From Butyricicoccus sp. (GTDB taxonomy: Bacteria > Bacillota > Clostridia > Oscillospirales > Oscillospiraceae): 51,155 bases of DNA. Position numbers and translations under genes: made by a program. Positions 40,711 through 49,574 of this stretch are shown piece by piece (the stretch's first letter is position 1; every line of letters begins with the position of its first letter). The notes below the pieces were generated by a model. That model worked only from the letters and a program-made list of their open reading frames with translations. It searched no databases and was not told the origin of the DNA. The stretch spans positions 1 through 51,155 of the forward strand of contig JAMPGF010000001.1 of NCBI GenBank assembly GCA_023664105.1, given 5' to 3'.

Positions 40711-41565
40711 ATGCAGCTTGGAATCAGATTGCACGATGTAAACGCCGGGCTTGCCCCGGAGCTCCAGACGATGGAGGCACGGGCGACGAAGGCGCGGGAG
40801 GAGGGCTTTTCCTGCGTCCATCTGGCCCTGTCGAAGGTCATCAAGGGCGTGGCCTTTGACGAAAGCGCCCTGACCGAGGGGCTGGCGATGCACACAAGGC
40901 GGGTTTTCGGGCAAAACGGCCTGGACATTGCCGTGCTCGGCTGCTACCTCAACCTGGCGCACCCGGACGCGGAAAAGCTGCGGGACATACAAAGCCGCTA
41001 TTTCGGCCATCTGCGCGCGGCGGCGCTCATGGGGGCGGGCGTTGTCGGCACCGAGACGGGCGCGCCCAACGCGGAGTACAAAACCGATGCCAACACACAC
41101 AGCGACGAGGCGCTGGATACCTTCATCCGCGGCCTGGCCCCGGTGGTGGAGTGCGCCGAGCGCTGGGGAGTTTCGCTGGCTATCGAGCCGGTGTGGAAGC
41201 ACATCGTCTATGACGCCGGCCGCGCCCTGCGCGTGCTGGACGCCATCAAAAGCCCCAATCTGCGCATCATTCTCGACCCGGTGAACCTGCTGTACGCAGG
41301 TAACGCGGACGAGCGGGAGCGCGTCATCGGCGACGCCATCGAAAAGCTGGGCGAGCGCGTGGCGGTGGTGCACCTGAAGGACTTCGCGCGTGAGGGAGAC
41401 GAGCTTCGCTCCATCGCAGCCGGGACAGGGGAGATGGACTATGTGCAAATCCTGCGCTTTATGAAGGAGCGCAAGCCCTATATCCATGCCACGCTGGAGA
41501 ACACCACAAACGACAACGCCGTGCAGTCGCGGGAATTTTTGCAGCGGCTGTACGACGGGCTTTGA
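40711..41565 (+). CDS. Sugar phosphate isomerase/epimerase (xylose-isomerase-like TIM barrel)
   Basis: GGAGG RBS. The AP_endonuc_2-like pattern is present: GFSCVHLAL..., VVGTETG, LAIEPV, ILDPVNL, VVHLKD. Confidence 0.8.
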   Translation: MQLGIRLHDVNAGLAPELQTMEARATKAREEGFSCVHLALSKVIKGVAFDESALTEGLAMHTRRVFGQNGLDIAVLGCYLNLAHPDAEKLRDIQSRYFGHLRAAALMGAGVVGTETGAPNAEYKTDANTHSDEALDTFIRGLAPVVECAERWGVSLAIEPVWKHIVYDAGRALRVLDAIKSPNLRIILDPVNLLYAGNADERERVIGDAIEKLGERVAVVHLKDFAREGDELRSIAAGTGEMDYVQILRFMKERKPYIHATLENTTNDNAVQSREFLQRLYDGL

Positions 41566-41576
41566 GGGGGACAGGC

Positions 41577-42983
41577 ATGAAATACGATAAGAATCAGCAT
41601 AAGGCGACCGATATCCGTCTGGCCTATATCGGAGGCGGCTCGCGCAGCTGGGCCTGGAAGCTTATGACCGACCTCGCCATGGAACCCGATTTGAGCGGCG
41701 AAGTGCTGCTCTACGACATCGACCGCGCGGCGGCAGGGGCAAACGAAATTATCGGCGGGCGCATAGAGGGCATGCCGGAGACGCGCGGGCAATGGAGCTA
41801 CCGCGCGGCGGATACTCTGGAGCAGGCTCTGACAGGGGCGGACTTCGTTGTGATCTCCATCCTCCCCGGTACATTTGACGAGATGGAGGTGGACGTGCAC
41901 CTGCCGGAGCGGCTGGATATCTGGCAGTCGGTGGGGGACACGGCGGGCCCCGGCGGAATTATACGCGCCCTGCGCACCATACCTATGCTCATTCCGATCG
42001 TCCGGGCCGTTCGGGATGTCTGTCCCGGCGCATGGGTAATCAATTACACAAACCCCATGTCGCAGTGCGTGCAGGCGCTGTACCATCTCTTCCCGGAGAT
42101 AAAGGCCTTCGGCTGCTGTCACGAGGTTTTCAATACGCAGACGGTGCTCGCCGCCGCGGCGGGGGAGGCCCTGGGCATCCCTGCTCCCGGGCGTAGGCAG
42201 ATACATGTCAACGTGATGGGCATCAACCATTTTACATGGTTCGACAAGGCGTCGTACGGGGGAGTGGATCTGTTTTCGGTATACCGGGAGTTCGTGGACA
42301 AATACTACGGGCCCGGATTCAATGAGCCGGGAAGGGACTGGACCAAAACGCCCTTCGACTGCGCCCACAGGGTGAAATTTGACCTGTTCCGGCGCTACGG
42401 CCTGATTGCCGCCGCCGGGGACCGCCATCTCGCGGAGTTTATGCCCGGCGACGAATATCTGCGCGACCCGGATACGGTCAGGAGCTGGAAATTCGGCCTG
42501 ACACCCGTGCAGTGGCGCAAGGACGACCTGAAGCAGCGCCTGGAAAAAAGCCGGGCCATGGCCTCCGGTGAGCGCGAGGTGGAGCTGGAGCCCTCCGGGG
42601 AGGAGGGTATACTGCTTATCAAGGCGCTGTGCGGGCTGTGCCGGACGGTGAGCAATGTGAACCTGCCCAACAGGGGGCAGATCCCCAATCTGCCGATGGG
42701 CGCGGTGGTGGAGACAAACGCAGTGTTCTCCAGGGACAGCGTACAGCCTGTGCTTGCCGGAGAGCTGCCTGAGGAGATACGGCGGCTCATTCTGCCGCAT
42801 ATTGAGAACCACGCACTGACGCTGAAGGCGGCGCTCAGCTTCGACCGCGAGCCAGTGGTGCGGGCATTTTTGAACGATCCCAACGCCGCGGCTAAGTGCC
42901 GCGACGAGGCGAAAATACGCGCGCTCGTCGATGACATGCTTTCCGGCACCGCGGCGTATTTGCCGAAGGAATGGAACGCATAA
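41577..42983 (+). CDS. Glycoside hydrolase family 4 (NAD/Mn-dependent; LplD-like alpha-galacturonidase/alpha-glucuronidase candidate)
   Basis: Start moved to the ATG at 41577. It has the N-terminal Rossmann IRLAYIGGGSRSW, NYTNPM, CHEV and GINHFTW motifs of GH4. Confidence 0.85.
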   Translation: MKYDKNQHKATDIRLAYIGGGSRSWAWKLMTDLAMEPDLSGEVLLYDIDRAAAGANEIIGGRIEGMPETRGQWSYRAADTLEQALTGADFVVISILPGTFDEMEVDVHLPERLDIWQSVGDTAGPGGIIRALRTIPMLIPIVRAVRDVCPGAWVINYTNPMSQCVQALYHLFPEIKAFGCCHEVFNTQTVLAAAAGEALGIPAPGRRQIHVNVMGINHFTWFDKASYGGVDLFSVYREFVDKYYGPGFNEPGRDWTKTPFDCAHRVKFDLFRRYGLIAAAGDRHLAEFMPGDEYLRDPDTVRSWKFGLTPVQWRKDDLKQRLEKSRAMASGEREVELEPSGEEGILLIKALCGLCRTVSNVNLPNRGQIPNLPMGAVVETNAVFSRDSVQPVLAGELPEEIRRLILPHIENHALTLKAALSFDREPVVRAFLNDPNAAAKCRDEAKIRALVDDMLSGTAAYLPKEWNA

Positions 42984-42991
42984 GAAAAATC

Positions 42992-43026
42992 GCGGCTCCC
43001 TGTTTGCGCAGGGGGCCGCTTTTTTA
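42992..43026. terminator. Bidirectional intrinsic terminator between the GH4 and AEC transporter genes
   Basis: GCGGCTCCCTG-TTTGCG-CAGGGGGCCGC followed by TTTTTT, with AAAAAT on the other side. Confidence 0.8.
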
Positions 43027-43027
43027 A

Positions 43028-43972
43028 TTAAAACATCCCCAGAGACTTAAACAGGAAAATCCACAAAAACAGGGTGGCGGCGGAGAGCAGTGTGCTCACA
43101 GTCACGGCGCTGGCGGCAAGCTCCGGGTTGCCGCCCATCTGCACGGCCATGCTGAAGGAGGCAACGGCGGTGGGCGTGGCGAACATGGAGATGAGCACCG
43201 CGAACTCCGGCCCGCGCAGCCCTGCCAGCGCGGCCAGCGGCAGCGCCGTGCCGGGGAAAACCACAAGCCGCAGCAGCGTGCACACGGCAAGATTTCGCCG
43301 GTGCGCGCTCACGTCGTGGAACTCAAACTGCGCACCCAGCAGCAGCAGCGCCACAGGCGAGGCCGCCGCGCCCAGCTGGGAGATGGGGCTTGCAAGGCAG
43401 CTTGGCAGGGTGAGGCCGGAGAGGTTGACCGCGATGCCCAGGACAGAGGCGATGATAAGCGGGTTTCTGGCGATGCCCAGCAGGATTTTTTTCACGTCGA
43501 TCTGCCTGTGGTTGAAGGTCTCCAGCGTGATGACGGCAAGGGCGTTATAGCACGGCACCACGATAGCCAGCATCACTGAAACGGTGGCAAGGTCGGCGTC
43601 GGGGCACAGCTCCCGGATAAGCGGAACCCCCAGAAGAAGGAAGTTGCTGCGAAAGGACGCCTGGATCATCACGCCGCGCAGGCTGTTCTCGCTCTCGATG
43701 CGCCTGACCAGAAGCCAGGTCAGCAAAAACAACACCAGAAGCACCGACAGCGCCAGACACAGGCAGCGCAGGTTTACGCCGCCGCGGATGTCGGATGAAT
43801 AGATGTTGTTGAAGAGCATTATCGGCAGCAGGGTGTGGAACACCAGGGAGTTGAAGCGCCGGACGCTGTCCTTGTCGATTTGCAGCAGCCGCTTGGCCGC
43901 GTAGCCCACCGCCATCATCACGAAAATGGACACAACGGCGTTGAGCGAAAGAAGAAAGCTGTTTAGCAGCAT
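43028..43972 (-). CDS. AEC-family (auxin efflux carrier / malate permease-like) transporter
   Basis: About 10 TM segments. The N-terminus MLLNSFLLSLNAVVSIFVMMAVGY and the C-terminal half are typical of Mem_trans proteins. Start set at the ATG at 43972. Confidence 0.8.
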   Translation of the reverse strand: MLLNSFLLSLNAVVSIFVMMAVGYAAKRLLQIDKDSVRRFNSLVFHTLLPIMLFNNIYSSDIRGGVNLRCLCLALSVLLVLFLLTWLLVRRIESENSLRGVMIQASFRSNFLLLGVPLIRELCPDADLATVSVMLAIVVPCYNALAVITLETFNHRQIDVKKILLGIARNPLIIASVLGIAVNLSGLTLPSCLASPISQLGAAASPVALLLLGAQFEFHDVSAHRRNLAVCTLLRLVVFPGTALPLAALAGLRGPEFAVLISMFATPTAVASFSMAVQMGGNPELAASAVTVSTLLSAATLFLWIFLFKSLGMF

Positions 43973-43996
43973 GGTTTCACCCGCTTTCAAAATGTA

Positions 43997-44905
43997 TCAC
44001 GGGAAGAAAAGCCTTTCCGCGTTGCCGGAGAGGATTTTTTCCCTGTCCTCCTGCCCAAGGCCGGGGTGGAGGGCGATGAAGTCGATGAAATGCCGGTAGC
44101 TGTCCCAGGTCATGGCCGAGGGCATGTCGCTGCCCCACAGAAGGCGGTCGGCGCCCACAATATTCACCGCGTCGAGCACATAGCCGCGCGCGGTGGGGTA
44201 GGGGAAGGGCTCGGGCTTGCAGTTGCTGCACAGCGCGGCCAGGTCGAACCACACGTTCGGCAGGGCCAGCCGCTCAAGGGAGCGCCTGAGCAGCTCGCCG
44301 TCCCCGAGCTGGGGCGAGAGCAGGTGGCAGACCACAAAGCGAAGCTCCGGATAGCGGGCAATGGCCCGGGCGAGGGCGTCCGCCTGCCAGCTGACGCTGC
44401 GCGGCTTGCCAATGTCGATGACGAAGATGAGGTTTCGTTCCGCCGCGTGGCGGTAGGCCGCATGCATGACCTCCCCGTCCAGGTCCACCGGCGGGTGGTT
44501 TGCCATCAGCCCGGAGCCGCTGCTGACCTCAAACTTCACGATACGAAAGCCCAGCTGGTCAAAGAGGTGGGCTTTTATCCTCTCCGCCTGCGCGGAAAAG
44601 GGGTCGTACGCCGCCGCGCCGGTGAAGCGATCGGGGTATTTTTGCATGGCTTCCCAGGTGTAGAGGTTCTGGAAGCCGAAATAGTTGCCCTGGAGCAGCA
44701 CGGCCTTTTCCACGCCGTGCGCGTCCATCACACGCAGCAGGGCCTCGGGAGCGGCGTCATACTCGCCGATCTCCGGCGGGAGGATCTGAAAGACGCTTCC
44801 GGTGGCGTAGACCGCCCGCCCGCCGCCGCAGGGGCGCAGCTCCCCCTGGGAGCCGGTGCCGGCGATGCACTGTACGACATGGGCGTGGGCGTCGATGATT
44901 TTCAT
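43997..44905 (-). CDS. Amidohydrolase_2-family metal-dependent hydrolase (TIM barrel)
   Basis: MKIIDAHAHV at the N-terminus, an internal H.L, and a C-terminal LWGSDMP motif. Confidence 0.8.
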   Translation of the reverse strand: MKIIDAHAHVVQCIAGTGSQGELRPCGGGRAVYATGSVFQILPPEIGEYDAAPEALLRVMDAHGVEKAVLLQGNYFGFQNLYTWEAMQKYPDRFTGAAAYDPFSAQAERIKAHLFDQLGFRIVKFEVSSGSGLMANHPPVDLDGEVMHAAYRHAAERNLIFVIDIGKPRSVSWQADALARAIARYPELRFVVCHLLSPQLGDGELLRRSLERLALPNVWFDLAALCSNCKPEPFPYPTARGYVLDAVNIVGADRLLWGSDMPSAMTWDSYRHFIDFIALHPGLGQEDREKILSGNAERLFFP

Positions 44906-45181
44906 GGCGGGAAGCTCCTTCCGGGGAAGAAAAAATATTGCCTAAAGTATAGCATGATTTTGGGCGTTTGAAAATAGACTGTTCGGAGAACTTGTGTCAA
45001 ATTCCGTCACCGGGGAGAGAAAAAATCCCCCGCTTTCGCGTTTTGAGAACGAAAAAAAGAAAAAAGGCGGCTTGAGGATTGAAATTCCGGCTTTACAGTG
45101 CTAAACTGTTAGAGCCTGTATTCAAAAGCGACACAGGTTCTTGAAAATTACGCGAAGGGCATACCAGGAAGGAAACAGGCA

Positions 45182-45955
45182 ATGATAAAAACATGGAATG
45201 TGACAATCCCCGAGCTGACCGGAAAAGAGGAGAGAAAGGCCTATATCTATTTGCCGGCCGGCTATGAGCTCGAGCCGGAGCAGCGCTACCCGGTGCTGTA
45301 TATGTTTGACGGACACAACGTCTTTTTCGATACCGACGCCACCTACGGCAAGAGCTGGGGCCTGGGGGAGTATCTGGACGAGTTTGAGCTGCCGCTTATC
45401 ACGGCGGCGGTGGAGTGCAACCACAGCCCGGACCACGGGCGGCTTTCGGAGTACTCGCCCTACACCTTTTATGACCCGGAATTTGGACACATCGTCGGCC
45501 GGGGCAAAACCACCATGGAATGGTTTACCCGCTCCTTCAAGCCGTACATCGACAGGAAATACCGCACCCTGCCGGGCCGGGGCTGCACCTTCATCGCCGG
45601 AAGCTCCATGGGAGGGCTGATGAGCCTGTACGCCCTGCTGGAATACAACAACGTCTTCTCCCGCGCGGCGGCGCTGTCCCCGTCCCTGTGGGCGGCCCCC
45701 GACAGGATAGCACGCATGGTGCGCGGCGCGGACGTGCAAAGCGACACGGTGCTTTACATGGACTACGGCGAGAATGAGCTCGGCAACCACGAAGTCATGG
45801 CCGGGCAGTTCGCCCGCGTGACAAGCCAGCTGCTCACCCGCGGGATAAAGCTCACCAGCCGCATCGTCCCCAACGGCGGCCACTGCGAGGCCAGCTGGCA
45901 GCGGCAGATCCCGTTTTTTATCAGCACGCTGATGTATGATATTCAGAATATATAA
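45182..45955 (+). CDS. Esterase-family protein (putative esterase / esterase D-like alpha/beta hydrolase)
   Basis: YPVLYMFDGHNVF and the nucleophile elbow GSSMGGLMSLY. Confidence 0.8.
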   Translation: MIKTWNVTIPELTGKEERKAYIYLPAGYELEPEQRYPVLYMFDGHNVFFDTDATYGKSWGLGEYLDEFELPLITAAVECNHSPDHGRLSEYSPYTFYDPEFGHIVGRGKTTMEWFTRSFKPYIDRKYRTLPGRGCTFIAGSSMGGLMSLYALLEYNNVFSRAAALSPSLWAAPDRIARMVRGADVQSDTVLYMDYGENELGNHEVMAGQFARVTSQLLTRGIKLTSRIVPNGGHCEASWQRQIPFFISTLMYDIQNI

Positions 45956-45966
45956 GGAGAAACAAC

Positions 45967-46725
45967 ATGGAAACACAGTATCTCAAGGACTACAGCCACG
46001 CCCTGGGGCGGGATATGGAGTGCCAGGTCTACGGGCACGCCGGACAGCCGGTGCTGTACATCCCCTGCCAGGACGGGCGCTTCTTTGATTTCGGCAACTT
46101 CCACATGGCCGAGACGCTCTCGCCCTGGATCGAGTCCGGGCAAATCATCGTCTTCTCGGTCGACACCGTTGACGCGGAAACCTGGTCGGACAAAAACGGC
46201 GACCCCTACTGGCGCATCCGGCAGCACGAGCGCTGGATGAGTTACCTCACCGACGAACTGGCCCCCTTCATCCTGCACTGGACCGACGCGCCCGGCATCA
46301 TCGTTTTCGGGTGCAGCCTCGGCGCCACGCACGCCGCGAACCTCTACCTGCGCCGCCCTGATATCTTCAGCGGGATGCTGGCGCTCAGCGGCATCTATAC
46401 CGCCGAGTACGGCTTCGACGGCTACATGGACGACGAGGTCTATAAAAATTCCCCCGTGGACTACATGGAGCATCTGCCGCCGGACCACCCCTACATCGAG
46501 CTGTACAACAACCAGCGCGCGGCGATCTGCGTCGGCCTCGGCCCCTGGGAGCGCCCGGACTCGACAAGGCAGCTGGCGGATATTTTCTACCGCAAGGGCA
46601 TCCACACCTGGGTGGATTTCTGGGGCTACGACTGCGCCCACGACTGGGACTGGTGGTACAGGCAGGCGGTCTATTTCTTCCCCTGGCTGCTTGGGGGAGA
46701 ACCGGGCCAGCCTACTTTTTCTTGA
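45967..46725 (+). CDS. Esterase-family protein, second paralogue
   Basis: PVLYIPCQDGRFFDF and GCSLGATHAANLY. GGAG RBS. Confidence 0.75.
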   Translation: METQYLKDYSHALGRDMECQVYGHAGQPVLYIPCQDGRFFDFGNFHMAETLSPWIESGQIIVFSVDTVDAETWSDKNGDPYWRIRQHERWMSYLTDELAPFILHWTDAPGIIVFGCSLGATHAANLYLRRPDIFSGMLALSGIYTAEYGFDGYMDDEVYKNSPVDYMEHLPPDHPYIELYNNQRAAICVGLGPWERPDSTRQLADIFYRKGIHTWVDFWGYDCAHDWDWWYRQAVYFFPWLLGGEPGQPTFS

Positions 46726-46738
46726 AAGAAAAAGTAGG
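46711..46738 (+). other. Near-perfect 13-bp-arm palindrome enclosing the stop codon of the second esterase gene
   Basis: CCTACTTTTTCTT-GA-AAGAAAAAGTAGG. No U-tract follows, so terminator function is uncertain. Confidence 0.4.
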
Positions 46739-46864
46739 CAAAAAGAACTTTAAATTCGCTTCCACACCTCTGCTGCCCCAAGATTAGCGCACGGTAACGT
46801 TATTGCGCTGCTAAACGAAAAATCTTAAAAGTGAAAACAAAAAGATAAAACAGGAGAATGAGCC

Positions 46865-48061
46865 ATGAAAAACGTAATTTTCATTTCCCCGAACTTCCCC
46901 ACCAACTACTGGCAGTTCTGCCGCGAGTTGAAAAACAACGGCATGAACGTGCTGGGCATCGGCGACGCCCCCTATGACGAGCTGACGAACGAGCTCAGGG
47001 ACAGCCTGAACGAGTACTACAAGGTCCCCAGCCTGGAGGACTACGACGCGGTTTACCGCGCGGTGGCCTTCTTCATCTTCAAGCACGGCCCCATCGACTG
47101 GCTTGAGTCCAACAACGAATACTGGCTCGAGCGCGACGCCGCGCTGCGCACCGCCTTCCATATCACCAGCGGCTTCCAGACGGAGGATATCCCCCGCATC
47201 AAGTACAAATCCAAGATGAAGGAGTACTACCAGGCCGCGGGCATCGCCACGGCGCGCTACCACCTCGTCGACGATTTCGACGGCTGCATGGCATTCATCA
47301 ATGAGGTCGGCTGGCCCGTGGTGGTCAAGCCGGACAACGGCGTGGGCGCGTCGGATACCCACAAGCTCTCCAGCGAGGAGGAGCTGAAGTACTTCCTTGA
47401 GACGAAGCATGACGTTATCTACATCATGGAGGAGTTCATCCACGCCGAGGTCAACTCCTACGACGCCGTCATCGACTCCAACGGCGAGCCCATTTTCGAG
47501 ACGGGCAACGTCTCCCCCATATCCATCATGGACATCGTCAACGAGGAGGGCAACTGCGTCTACTACATAGTCAAGGACCTGCCCGACGACACACGCAGGG
47601 CGGGCCGCGCCACGGTCAAGAGCTTTGGCGTGAAAAGCCGCTTCATCCACTTTGAGTTTTTCCGCCTCACCGAGGATCAGGAGGGCATGGGCAAGAAGGG
47701 CGACGTGGTTGCGCTCGAGGTCAACATGCGCCCCTGCGGCGGCTTCAGCCCCGACATGATGAACTATGCAAACTCCACCAATGTATTTAAGATCTGGGCC
47801 GACATGATAGCCTTCGACCGCTCCACCCAGGCAGGCGGCGAGCACTACTTCTGCGCCTACGCAGGCCGGCGCGATGGCAAGGCCTTCGTCTATGACCACC
47901 AGGCTATCATGGACAAGTACGGCGCGAATATGAAGATGGTCGACCGCATACCCGACGTTCTTGCCGACGCCATGGGCAACCAGATGTATGTCGCGACCTT
48001 CCCCACCCAGGAGGCTATGGACGAGTTCTATCACGATGTCCTGCTGTGCCGGGAGGACTGA
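46865..48061 (+). CDS. ATP-grasp domain protein (carboxylate-amine ligase-like), substrate unknown
   Basis: The pre-ATP-grasp N-terminus is MKNVIFISPNFPTNYW and the central fold is WPVVVKPDNGVGASDTHKL...IMEEFI...ALEVNMRP. Confidence 0.8.
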   Translation: MKNVIFISPNFPTNYWQFCRELKNNGMNVLGIGDAPYDELTNELRDSLNEYYKVPSLEDYDAVYRAVAFFIFKHGPIDWLESNNEYWLERDAALRTAFHITSGFQTEDIPRIKYKSKMKEYYQAAGIATARYHLVDDFDGCMAFINEVGWPVVVKPDNGVGASDTHKLSSEEELKYFLETKHDVIYIMEEFIHAEVNSYDAVIDSNGEPIFETGNVSPISIMDIVNEEGNCVYYIVKDLPDDTRRAGRATVKSFGVKSRFIHFEFFRLTEDQEGMGKKGDVVALEVNMRPCGGFSPDMMNYANSTNVFKIWADMIAFDRSTQAGGEHYFCAYAGRRDGKAFVYDHQAIMDKYGANMKMVDRIPDVLADAMGNQMYVATFPTQEAMDEFYHDVLLCRED

Positions 48062-48207
48062 TACTAATTTCAAATTAAATGCTTTAATTTGAAATTTCGC
48101 GTGCTACGCACGCTCACGCCGCGCAAAGCGCGTCGTGCCGTCTCATTAAAAACCTGACGCGCCTACGGCGCTATAAAAAACTAAAGTTTTTTAACAGGTT
48201 TTAGTAT
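48061..48207 (-). repeat. Structured dispersed repeat, copy C (147 nt, inverted relative to A and B)
   Basis: The reverse complement aligns end-to-end with copy A apart from a shorter first hairpin. Its first base is the A of the ATP-grasp TGA stop. Confidence 0.85.
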
Positions 48208-48271
48208 GATACTTTTCCGGGGACAGCAAAGCAGCCGGTATGGCGAAAGCCATACCGGCTGCTTTTGGTTT

Positions 48272-49405
48272 TCAGCGTGCCGCTGGCCAGACGTCCGTCT
48301 CACGCACGGCGCGAAGGTCGAGCTGCATCTCGTCCATGGCGCGCAGCAGGGGCAGAATAAAACCGCTTGTGACCGCGTCGGCGGACAGAAACAGCGATGA
48401 GGCGACGGCCCGGATCTCCAGAACGCTGACTATGTTGGACGCGTAGATGGTCACGGCGTCCGTGCTCATGCCGTCGAGGTCGTAGGACCAGAAGATGAGG
48501 CCGTTTTCCTCTGCCATGCTTCGGCACTCCGGCGCGTCGTCGCCCAGCGCGGTGACCAGCAGGGTTTTCGTGCGCGCGGTCTCGAAGATGAGCGCGGATG
48601 TCTCCTCGTAATCGGCAAGCGCGTCGTCGGAGCAGAGCACCCCTAATTTAAAGCCCTCGCCGTCAAGCTGGCGCACCAGAGCGGGATCCGACCTGACCTG
48701 CTCAGCGGTGAGGAAAAAGCAGGCTTCGGCTCCCTCGCGGCGCAGCGCGGAAAGAATAGCCGCGTCCGGCAGCCCCGTGAAGCTGAGGTAAACCGCCGTG
48801 CCGCTGTGGTTGTGTACCATCTCGGCGGTCACCTCCGGCGCGGCGGTCTCGGCGGGCTTCTGCGCGGCCATGTACGCCTCATAGCGCGATTGAAGGGGAA
48901 GATCGGCCGCGAGCATGAACTGCGCGTCCGTGAGCACGAAGCTGCCGTCCTTTATGCGCAGCACGTCGCCGTACTTTCCCCCGCTCAGATAGGTGCAGGA
49001 CATGCCGCCGAAGAAGCTGCACACCAGCGACGCCGGAACGTAGACAACGCCGTTTCGCAGCACGGCGCGGTAGTTGTAGCTGTTGTCGCGGTCGTCATAG
49101 GCGGTGTTGTTCACCATGTCGAAAAACAGCTGATGGTCGGAATTGTAGAGCATCGCGGTGGAAGCGTCGGCGAGGTAGGAGTAGTAGATCTTGATGTCGT
49201 AGTCCGTGAAAACCCAGTAGGGCACATATGTCACGCCGCCGGAAAAATATGCGGTGGAGTTTATCTCCAGGAGCCTGTCGTTGACCGAGATGAAGCTCAC
49301 CCCGCCGTCGGCCGCGGTGCCCGGCCCCGCCAGACAGCAGCACAGCAGGCAGGCACACAGCGCCAGTATCAGAATTTTTCGCTTCACCGTCAGCTCTCCT
49401 TTCAC
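48272..49405 (-). CDS. Secreted protein with an N-terminal copper-amine-oxidase-N-like (stalk) domain and a degenerate NodB/polysaccharide-deacetylase-like C-terminal domain
   Basis: The signal peptide is KRKILILALCACLLCCCLAG. VNDRLL...GVTYVPYWVF...RNGVVYVPASLVCSFFG are stalk-like repeats. The C-terminal fold resembles NodB, but the TFDDG position reads LSFTGLPD. Confidence 0.5.
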   Translation of the reverse strand: MKGELTVKRKILILALCACLLCCCLAGPGTAADGGVSFISVNDRLLEINSTAYFSGGVTYVPYWVFTDYDIKIYYSYLADASTAMLYNSDHQLFFDMVNNTAYDDRDNSYNYRAVLRNGVVYVPASLVCSFFGGMSCTYLSGGKYGDVLRIKDGSFVLTDAQFMLAADLPLQSRYEAYMAAQKPAETAAPEVTAEMVHNHSGTAVYLSFTGLPDAAILSALRREGAEACFFLTAEQVRSDPALVRQLDGEGFKLGVLCSDDALADYEETSALIFETARTKTLLVTALGDDAPECRSMAEENGLIFWSYDLDGMSTDAVTIYASNIVSVLEIRAVASSLFLSADAVTSGFILPLLRAMDEMQLDLRAVRETDVWPAAR

Positions 49406-49574
49406 GGGGTTTGCATTTTCTTAAAAATAATGATACCATAAACATGCCCTTTTTACAAGACACAGCGCGGAGGAAAAAGTTTGCGCGCGGCTCTTTTCTT
49501 TGCCGGCGGGATATGCTAAACTGATACTGCTGCTGAAAAAGGCCCCGACGGGGCGGAAATGTGAGGTCAGGGAT

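Noticed and set aside
39292-49441. Other long opposite-strand ORFs: 39292-40113, 40693-41487, 41478-42812, 44066-44971, 45122-45976, 45943-46641, 46811-48073 and 48806-49441
   Set aside because: Each lies antisense to a gene with recognisable family motifs. Their composition (Arg/Ala/Gly/His-rich) and missing translation signals indicate shadow ORFs.
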